Source: a virus. Taken from it: a DNA stretch of 14,968 nt. The notes beneath the pieces are model-generated. The model was not told the DNA's origin. It made no database searches and was given only the letters and a program-made list of their open reading frames with translations. Made by a program: the position numbers and the translations under genes. Shown here in pieces: positions 7,307 to 12,795 of the stretch; position 1 is the stretch's first letter; the number at the start of each line of letters is the position of its first letter. Where the stretch lies: the IMG/VR virus record IMGVR_UViG_3300010413_000285; one strand, written 5' to 3'.

Positions 7307-7848
7307 TTGTAGTAGACATCGAAGCAACATGCTGGGAGCCTAGAGAAGAGCAAGGCGACCAGCCCTCAGAGATTATTGAAATCGGAGTGTGTGTTTTAGA
7401 CGCAAAAACACTTGACATTTCTCGCAAACACAGCTATATTATTAGACCTACACACTCGCAAATTAGCGAGTTCTGTACACAACTAACTGGACACACTTGG
7501 AAATCAGTTAAAGGTGGCATGAGATTAGATCATGCGTGTAATAGATTAGCTAAAGAATACGGAACCAAAAATAGAATATGGGCCAGTTGGGGAGATAGCG
7601 ATAGGCTACACTTCAGGGCAGAGTGTGAAGCCAAGGGAGCATCTTATCCATTTGGTGAAGCACATATTAATGTGAGTGATTTGTTCGCATTGGCTATGGG
7701 ATCGAGTACTAGGATAAGTGTCACTAACGCATTGGGAATGTTGGGTAAAACATTTGAGGGGCGACAACATTGTGGCGCTGATGATGCGTATAATACAGCG
7801 ATAGTCTTAAAATTCTTGCTCCACAGTGGAAAACTACAAGGGCAATAA
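7279..7848 (+). CDS. DEDDh-family 3'-5' exonuclease (DnaQ/oligoribonuclease-like)
   Basis: Exo I VVVDIEAT, Exo II WASWGDSDRLHF and Exo III HCGADDAYNTA (H-x4-D) are all in the canonical order. Confidence 0.8.
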   Translation: MGTKRFDKVVVVDIEATCWEPREEQGDQPSEIIEIGVCVLDAKTLDISRKHSYIIRPTHSQISEFCTQLTGHTWKSVKGGMRLDHACNRLAKEYGTKNRIWASWGDSDRLHFRAECEAKGASYPFGEAHINVSDLFALAMGSSTRISVTNALGMLGKTFEGRQHCGADDAYNTAIVLKFLLHSGKLQGQ

Positions 7849-7849
7849 T

Positions 7850-8041
7850 ATGAAACATATGATAGAGCATCAGATGGAATGGCATAGAGAGCGCCCAGAA
7901 CGTCTAGCTGCCTTACGTGATTATTATGTAGGCACTGGAATGAAAGGAAAGCTAAGTTCTATCCATCTCTTGATTGAATTTATCGAAGCCTATGCTGAGC
8001 TTAAAGGGTGGGATCTAGATAAATATAGTACACGCCCGTAA
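7850..8041 (+). CDS. hypothetical protein (63 aa)
   Basis: The ATG at 7850 follows the exonuclease stop by 1 nt. The track start is a GTG at 7826. The stop overlaps the first nucleotides of tRNA-Arg. Weak RBS. Confidence 0.4.
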   Translation: MKHMIEHQMEWHRERPERLAALRDYYVGTGMKGKLSSIHLLIEFIEAYAELKGWDLDKYSTRP

Positions 8042-8107
8042 CTCAGTTGGAAGAGTACCGGACTTCTAATCCGGCAGTCGGGGGTTCGAGTCCCTCCGGG
8101 CGTGCCA
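8032..8107 (+). tRNA. tRNA-Arg (anticodon TCT), CCA encoded
   Basis: Manual cloverleaf: acceptor ACGCCCG/CGGGCGT, D stem ACTC/GAGT, anticodon stem CCGGA/TCCGG with loop CTTCTAA, T arm GGGGG-TTCGAGT-CCCTC, discriminator G then CCA. Confidence 0.85.
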
Positions 8108-8124
8108 TTTATCTGGAGATTGAA

Positions 8125-8472
8125 ATGTTTTGGAAGAGTAAGAAAAAGACAACTGTGATTGTGGATGGCGTATCTTACACCGGTAAACATGTGGTGATTG
8201 AGGATGGTATTGTCACCATTGATGGTGATAATAAGACACAAAAAATTGGCCATATTGTGCATGTAGAAATTCAAGGTGATTGTGATCAGATTTATAATGC
8301 GGCAGGTAATATTTCTGTATCAGGCAATGCCAAAAAAGTAGAGACTGCTTCTGGTGATGTCGAGTGCGGAGATGTTTCTGGCGACGTTAAGTCAATGAGC
8401 GGAGATATTACGTGCGGTAATGTCGCTGGTTCTATTCAAACAATGTCTGGCGATGTTAAGATAAGGAAATAA
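8125..8472 (+). CDS. beta-helical repeat protein with (S)GDV/GNV repeats (bactofilin- or DUF4097-like), 115 aa
   Basis: The start was trimmed to the ATG at 8125 (GGAG upstream), because track start 8047 lies inside the tRNA. Repeats every 6-8 residues: GIVTIDGD, GNISVSGN, SGDVECGDVSGDVKSMSGDITCGNVAGSIQTMSGDVKI. Confidence 0.55.
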   Translation: MFWKSKKKTTVIVDGVSYTGKHVVIEDGIVTIDGDNKTQKIGHIVHVEIQGDCDQIYNAAGNISVSGNAKKVETASGDVECGDVSGDVKSMSGDITCGNVAGSIQTMSGDVKIRK

Positions 8473-8476
8473 AATT

Positions 8477-8713
8477 ATGTTACCAGGAAAAGGTCCTTTA
8501 TTAGTTTTGTCCGCCTTTATTGGTGGAATGGCACTAATTGGAATGGCAGAACTTGGCCTTACTGTTGTGGCCGCTCTCTACGGCGAGCGTTCTCCAATAG
8601 AATTAGTGTTTGGCTTATTCGCTTTAGGTGCAGCCGGTAGTGCTGGCACCATGTGGTTAATGCTCAGAAAGATTGAAAAAGATGCCCTCAAACGACTTGG
8701 ACTGGACAAGTAG
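8477..8713 (+). CDS. small two-TM membrane protein (78 aa)
   Basis: AGGAAAT RBS. Two hydrophobic helices (LLVLSAFIGGMALIGMA and LVFGLFALGAAGSAGTMWLML). Starts 4 nt after the previous stop. Confidence 0.6.
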   Translation: MLPGKGPLLVLSAFIGGMALIGMAELGLTVVAALYGERSPIELVFGLFALGAAGSAGTMWLMLRKIEKDALKRLGLDK

Positions 8714-8921
8714 AGAGACACAGGCTGCTCTAATAGTTTTAGTTGCTCTTGAGGGACTAATAAAAGACTATGGCTTGCAGCTTGTTCTTGAAGCTATAAT
8801 TAACATTAACAACGTATCTATCGAGCGTGCTAATAAAAATAAACAAGAAGATGATTACTTGTATACACTTAAGCACGATTTAGAAATTGCGTTAGAAAAT
8901 TATAAGAATAGATATGAGTGA
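8682..8921 (+). CDS. hypothetical acidic helical protein (~79 aa)
   Basis: The track ORF starts with TTG at 8673, and the first ATG is at 8682. It overlaps the upstream CDS by ~32 nt and the downstream one by 8 nt (ATGAGTGA), and fills a 200-nt gap. Confidence 0.35.
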   Translation: MPSNDLDWTSRETQAALIVLVALEGLIKDYGLQLVLEAIININNVSIERANKNKQEDDYLYTLKHDLEIALENYKNRYE

Positions 8922-9174
8922 CGAGGAAGAAAAATGGCCGTGTGATGATCCAGATTGTGTGTGGTGTACTGGCTCTTTGCCTATGCGACATCCTTATTCT
9001 GGCCCACCGATTTTGTATACCACTGTGGTTATAGCCAAACATGACAAGACAAATGATATTAAAGTATTTGATCTTGGAGAAATGGAAATGCCCAGCGGAC
9101 AATACACACCAATCAATGCTTATACTTGTACTAAAGAAGAAGCAATTGCATTAAAAGATAAAACAAATAAATAA
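8914..9174 (+). CDS. hypothetical protein with a CxxxxCxxC cluster (86 aa)
   Basis: ATG ORF ending 2 nt before tRNA-Leu. N-terminus DEEEKWPCDDPDCVWC. Confidence 0.5.
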   Translation: MSDEEEKWPCDDPDCVWCTGSLPMRHPYSGPPILYTTVVIAKHDKTNDIKVFDLGEMEMPSGQYTPINAYTCTKEEAIALKDKTNK

Positions 9175-9176
9175 TT

Positions 9177-9264
9177 GCCGGAGTGGTGAAGCTTGGTAGA
9201 CACGCTGGACTCAAAATCCAGTGGGCGTAAGCCCGTGAGGGTTCGAATCCCTCCTCCGGCACCA
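9177..9264 (+). tRNA. tRNA-Leu (anticodon CAA), type II with long variable arm, CCA encoded
   Basis: Acceptor GCCGGAG/CTCCGGC. Anticodon stem CTGGA/TCCAG with loop CTCAAAA. Variable arm GGGCGTAAGCCC. T arm GAGGG-TTCGAAT-CCCTC. Discriminator A then CCA. Confidence 0.85.
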
Positions 9265-9276
9265 AGAAAATTTGAT

Positions 9277-9525
9277 ATGAAAGAATTACAAGAACTACTA
9301 CAAGTAAGAAAACAAATTGGTCCAATTGGAACGGGTAAGCGTTTTATTACTTTAGAATGTAGGTGCGAGTTCGAAGCCTTTACATCAGAAGGTTGGGACG
9401 AGGTGTGGGAATTGCATTGTGAAGTGCCAAACGGATTAACTGGTCTTCACATTAGAGGCAAGTCCTACAATGACGTTATTGAGCGTGCCAAGGCTATATT
9501 AAAGAGTGGCTATGGCCAGGAATAA
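9277..9525 (+). CDS. hypothetical protein (82 aa)
   Basis: Track ORF 9193 starts inside tRNA-Leu. The start was trimmed to the in-frame ATG at 9277, 13 nt after the tRNA CCA. Confidence 0.5.
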   Translation: MKELQELLQVRKQIGPIGTGKRFITLECRCEFEAFTSEGWDEVWELHCEVPNGLTGLHIRGKSYNDVIERAKAILKSGYGQE

Positions 9526-9527
9526 AT

Positions 9528-9650
9528 ATGGGCAGTCTGACTTGGTGGCAATGGGCATTAATACTAGGACCAGGTTTCTTTTTAATGCTATCATTGTCAA
9601 TATCTATTACTGCTATAACGTGGTATATTTATGATTGGTGGAAAGAATGA
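9528..9650 (+). CDS. small hydrophobic membrane peptide (40 aa), not in the ORF track
   Basis: ATG at 9528, 3 nt after the upstream stop. Sequence MGSLTWWQWALILGPGFFLMLSLSISITAITWYIYDWWKE. Its stop overlaps the next start as ATGA (9647-9650). Confidence 0.4.
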   Translation: MGSLTWWQWALILGPGFFLMLSLSISITAITWYIYDWWKE

Positions 9651-10195
9651 AGTATGTGATTTTATTATTAGCTTTAAGTGGTTGTGCAATTCCATCTTAT
9701 ACGGTTAGAAATGTCAAAGTATTTGATCGACAAGTAGATACACACATGACACAAAAGCAAGTTGAGGATTTAATCGACTATACTTTTTCTTTTCCTGGTT
9801 GGTCGGAACTTCTATTTGAACATGTAAATATAAAAAGCAGCGAGGACCAGCGACAATTTTTCAATGAAGTCTTTGAGGGCTGGCACTTTGTATTTACTTC
9901 TAATTGGCACGGTGTTATGCTAGAAGATGGACGAATTGCTTTAGTAGATGGTTTGACTATAGCTAAAGACAAAGTTATTTTTCTAAAAGTTTATCCCTGT
10001 TATGGGCACAGTGCCATACTTCACGAAGTTGCTCATGCAATCAGAAATCATTTAGGATACGCAGAAGATCGTAAGCATGAAGATTACGAGTTTTGGATGG
10101 TCATTGGGTGGATTGAAGAAGCAATGATGAAAGAGTTGTGTCCATCAGATTATGTACCTCCCACTGTTCCAGAGAATTTGGAGATTATAGAATGA
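9647..10195 (+). CDS. lipoprotein with an HExxH motif (HEVAHAIRNH), 182 aa
   Basis: The track start is a TTG at 9635. The ATG at 9647 gives MKYVILLLALSGC with lipobox LSGC. GGTGGAAAGA RBS. Motif LHEVAHAIRNH. Confidence 0.65.
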   Translation: MKYVILLLALSGCAIPSYTVRNVKVFDRQVDTHMTQKQVEDLIDYTFSFPGWSELLFEHVNIKSSEDQRQFFNEVFEGWHFVFTSNWHGVMLEDGRIALVDGLTIAKDKVIFLKVYPCYGHSAILHEVAHAIRNHLGYAEDRKHEDYEFWMVIGWIEEAMMKELCPSDYVPPTVPENLEIIE

Positions 10196-10470
10196 AGCGT
10201 TGGTGGGTCTCTTGGTATCACACAGAAGACATGACTCCATTCACATTGCGTAATCCTTGGTGGATTAGTGGTTATAGAATGGCTGACGATGCTGCTTGCG
10301 TATGTGCAGCAGTGATGGCTATAGATGATGATCATGCACGACAAAAAATTATAGATTGCTATGATGAATCTCCAGATAATGTAGAATGGAGGTTTGTGAG
10401 CGTTAAGGAAGATGATTGGTCACCATTCTCTGATAGATTCCCTAAGGGAGATTGGATGGAGTGGGCATGA
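10192..10470 (+). CDS. hypothetical Trp-rich protein (92 aa)
   Basis: The track start is a GTG at 10138. ATG 10192 overlaps the upstream stop as ATGA, with GGAG 8 nt upstream. Sequence MKRWWVSWYH... Confidence 0.5.
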   Translation: MKRWWVSWYHTEDMTPFTLRNPWWISGYRMADDAACVCAAVMAIDDDHARQKIIDCYDESPDNVEWRFVSVKEDDWSPFSDRFPKGDWMEWA

Positions 10471-10757
10471 AATGGTTAATTGCTTGTGCCATTATGGTAG
10501 TTGGGGCTTGCTATATTGAATATGTAAGGAACCATAGATTTTTCCATTTTTTTGGAGCGCAAGTAGATAGTGACTATGTAATGCATTTTGATAATAAAAT
10601 GCGTTGCGCTTATGTGATTGGCTGGTATAGTGAGCGCAAGTGCTTATGCTTTTTAACTGAGGATGATCCTCGTTTAAAAGATAAAACATTAATTGCTTCT
10701 GAACCTTCAGCTTGTAATAAAGACCTTAGGAATTTCGATGCGATTAATCCAGAGTAG
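10467..10757 (+). CDS. hypothetical protein with an N-terminal signal or lipoprotein-like segment (96 aa)
   Basis: ATGA overlap with the previous stop. The track start is a TTG at 10452. N-terminus MKWLIACAIMVVGAC. Confidence 0.5.
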   Translation: MKWLIACAIMVVGACYIEYVRNHRFFHFFGAQVDSDYVMHFDNKMRCAYVIGWYSERKCLCFLTEDDPRLKDKTLIASEPSACNKDLRNFDAINPE

Positions 10758-11385
10758 CTTTCTAACTCTATTTCTAATCGGATGTGGCGCAGGACAAGTA
10801 GATTACTATGAGCCTCCTCCAGTAGAACCATATTGTACATACGACATTAAAGATGTTTGTATTCACGAATATTCTTACTCAGAACATTCGTTTTGTACTT
10901 ATGATGTTGGCGGAATATGTGTATGGTTACAAAGTAGATTTATTGAAGTAGATTTAGATTTCTTGGTTGATTCTATTTTGATTACTGAAACCTATACGAA
11001 TGGTTTTTATTATGGATTAAACTTATTTGATTTAGCATTAACCGAAGGATTAAGACTTGAATATTATCACGCTGGAAACAATACATATGGTGGAACGTAC
11101 GGTTTCTTAGAAGCTAAAGTATGGGTTCGGCAAGGTAGCAATATTACAAGACGCATGACATGTATGGATACATATCATACAGCAATGCATGAGCTTATGC
11201 ACTTCATCGATGATAAATTTATCATGTGTGAAGATCAAAGCTTTGGTGGACATAATGTTCCAAATCTATTTATGGAATGGGAAACACGACAACATATTGC
11301 AGAAGACCGACAATATATCCAATCCAATACAATTGAAGGACTAACCTATTTCAATTTGTCAAATAGGTGTGGTTACGAGGAATAA
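10738..11385 (+). CDS. lipoprotein with an HExxH motif (HELMHFIDD), paralog of the 5445-6374 protein
   Basis: The track start is a TTG at 10693. The ATG at 10738 follows AGGAA and gives MRLIQSSFLTLFLIGCGAG with lipobox LIGC. Motif TAMHELMHFIDD shares the HELMH core with 5445-6374. Confidence 0.65.
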   Translation: MRLIQSSFLTLFLIGCGAGQVDYYEPPPVEPYCTYDIKDVCIHEYSYSEHSFCTYDVGGICVWLQSRFIEVDLDFLVDSILITETYTNGFYYGLNLFDLALTEGLRLEYYHAGNNTYGGTYGFLEAKVWVRQGSNITRRMTCMDTYHTAMHELMHFIDDKFIMCEDQSFGGHNVPNLFMEWETRQHIAEDRQYIQSNTIEGLTYFNLSNRCGYEE

Positions 11386-11391
11386 ATATAC

Positions 11392-11470
11392 GGGGTCGTG
11401 GTGTAGTCCGGCCTAACACGCCTGCCTGTCACGCAGGAGATCGAGGGTTCAAATCCCTTCGGCCCCGCCA
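11392..11470 (+). tRNA. tRNA-Asp (anticodon GTC), CCA encoded
   Basis: Acceptor GGGGTCG/CGGCCCC with one G-U pair. Anticodon arm CCTGC-CTGTCAC-GCAGG. T arm GAGGG-TTCAAAT-CCCTT. Confidence 0.85.
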
Positions 11471-11488
11471 TCTTTGAAAGGAAGAATT

Positions 11489-12034
11489 ATGTTTAAGATT
11501 ACTCAGTGTTACGATGGTTACGACAATGAGCACGTTAAGGTTCATTTTGCCAGTACTAAAGAGATCGCTGAGGAAGTCGCTACTGAATTACGTCAGCGTT
11601 TTCCTGGCAGTTTTGTAATTGCTGAGGCAGAAGATAACGTGTGTGGATGGGATCCAGGCGGCATGTTGATGACTGGTGATGAAGTATTCTCATTCCTGCT
11701 CGATAATATTACTGTTGAGTGCAAGGCTCAACACTTTGATTACTTCGTTGGTTGTATTCAAAATTATCAACCTCGTGGAGATGCAACCAAGTACTTTAAA
11801 ATTCATGGTAAGTGGACATGTATCTGTGTTACTCCAAATGAATATTCTCAACTTCTTAAGTTAGCTGCTGATCCTGATTTTGCAGCTAGAGCGGCATTGG
11901 CATGGGAAAAACGAGAACAGAAATTGAATGCACTAGCTCAACAGGGCGACATTGTGAGAGTAATTAAGGGTGAAGATGGTAAGCTCTATAAGATGCCTGA
12001 ACCTGGACCAGTCGACAAAAAGATGCTGAACTAA
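11489..12034 (+). CDS. hypothetical protein (181 aa)
   Basis: The track start is a TTG at 11474. The ATG at 11489 follows AAGGAAG. TAATG junction with the next gene. Confidence 0.55.
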   Translation: MFKITQCYDGYDNEHVKVHFASTKEIAEEVATELRQRFPGSFVIAEAEDNVCGWDPGGMLMTGDEVFSFLLDNITVECKAQHFDYFVGCIQNYQPRGDATKYFKIHGKWTCICVTPNEYSQLLKLAADPDFAARAALAWEKREQKLNALAQQGDIVRVIKGEDGKLYKMPEPGPVDKKMLN

Positions 12035-12564
12035 TGGATAAAGAGATATTACACAATGGAAAGTTTCTCAAGGTTGTTCGTGTTGGGCATTGGGAATATG
12101 TAGAAAGAACAAATGGTAAAGATGTTGCCTATATCATTCCAATGGCAGAAAACAAATGGGGAGAAGCGGTAGCTGTATTTATTAAAGAATATCGTATTCC
12201 TCTACAAAATTATGTGGTTGGGTTTCCTGCCGGATTAGTAGGGGATGTTGATAGCCATGAAGATATAATTACTGCTGCCTATCGTGAGCTTCTTGAAGAG
12301 ACTGGATATGAAGCTAAAAGAATGCGCCATTTAATTAGCGGTCCTTCTTCAGCTGGATTATCAAATGAAACTATTCATTATTATTTGGCTGATAGATTAA
12401 TCAAAACTGGAGAGGGCGGCGGCGACGAAAGTGAAGATATTGAAATCATTGAAATCCCTTTGCACAAAGCAGAAGGATGGTTGCAAGAAATGTCCAAGCA
12501 ATATTTGATTGATACCAAATCATACATTGGATTGTATTGGGCAAATAGAGTCACATTAGAATGA
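12034..12564 (+). CDS. Nudix hydrolase (ADP-ribose pyrophosphatase-like)
   Basis: Nudix box G-x5-E-x7-REUxEExGU is present as GFPAGLVGDVDSHEDIITAAYRELLEETGYEA. Confidence 0.85.
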   Translation: MDKEILHNGKFLKVVRVGHWEYVERTNGKDVAYIIPMAENKWGEAVAVFIKEYRIPLQNYVVGFPAGLVGDVDSHEDIITAAYRELLEETGYEAKRMRHLISGPSSAGLSNETIHYYLADRLIKTGEGGGDESEDIEIIEIPLHKAEGWLQEMSKQYLIDTKSYIGLYWANRVTLE

Positions 12565-12692
12565 AGAAGAGAATTAAGCTAGGAACTATTATAGGAGTTA
12601 TAGCTATCATAGCAGGATGTTTTACTTCAAGCGCTATTTCTCCAGCTCTAATTATAGGAGGAGTATTTATAACGATATATTATCTGTTTTAA
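12561..12692 (+). CDS. small lipoprotein-like hydrophobic peptide (43 aa), not in the ORF track
   Basis: ATGA overlap with the Nudix stop. Sequence MKKRIKLGTIIGVIAIIAGCFTSSAISPALIIGGVFITIYYLF with lipobox IAGC and a C-terminal hydrophobic segment. Confidence 0.4.
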   Translation: MKKRIKLGTIIGVIAIIAGCFTSSAISPALIIGGVFITIYYLF

Positions 12693-12698
12693 ATGATT

Positions 12699-12747
12699 TC
12701 CTCGTCGTAACGGATTGTAGATCTTTATTACGAGGTTTTGTCGTATT
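12699..12747 (+). terminator. candidate intrinsic terminator (hairpin plus T-rich tail)
   Basis: CCTCGT (12699-12704) pairs with ACGAGG (12730-12735) and is followed by TTTTGTCGTATTG. The loop is long and partly self-pairing, so this is a weak call. Confidence 0.3.
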
Positions 12748-12774
12748 GTCAAGTTGAAAAGGACATTTTAACAT
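12746..12774 (+). promoter_or_regulatory. candidate sigma70-like promoter upstream of the MVP-like gene (TTGTCA-N17-TAACAT)
   Basis: TTGTCA at 12746-12751, 17-nt spacer, TAACAT at 12769-12774. GGAG RBS at 12787-12790. Confidence 0.3.
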
Positions 12775-12795
12775 TGAAAGAAATTGAAGGAGAAT

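Noticed and set aside
6679-7353. 224-aa ORF on the minus strand
   Set aside because: It is entirely antisense to two + strand genes that have good RBSs and coupling. Its translation is low-complexity and Cys/His/Ser/Leu-rich, and it has no SD.
8047-9276. Track ORF starts at 8047 and 9193 that overlap tRNA-Arg and tRNA-Leu
   Set aside because: The starts lie inside tRNA cloverleafs. In-frame ATGs with RBSs exist just downstream of each tRNA (8125, 9277), and these are used instead.
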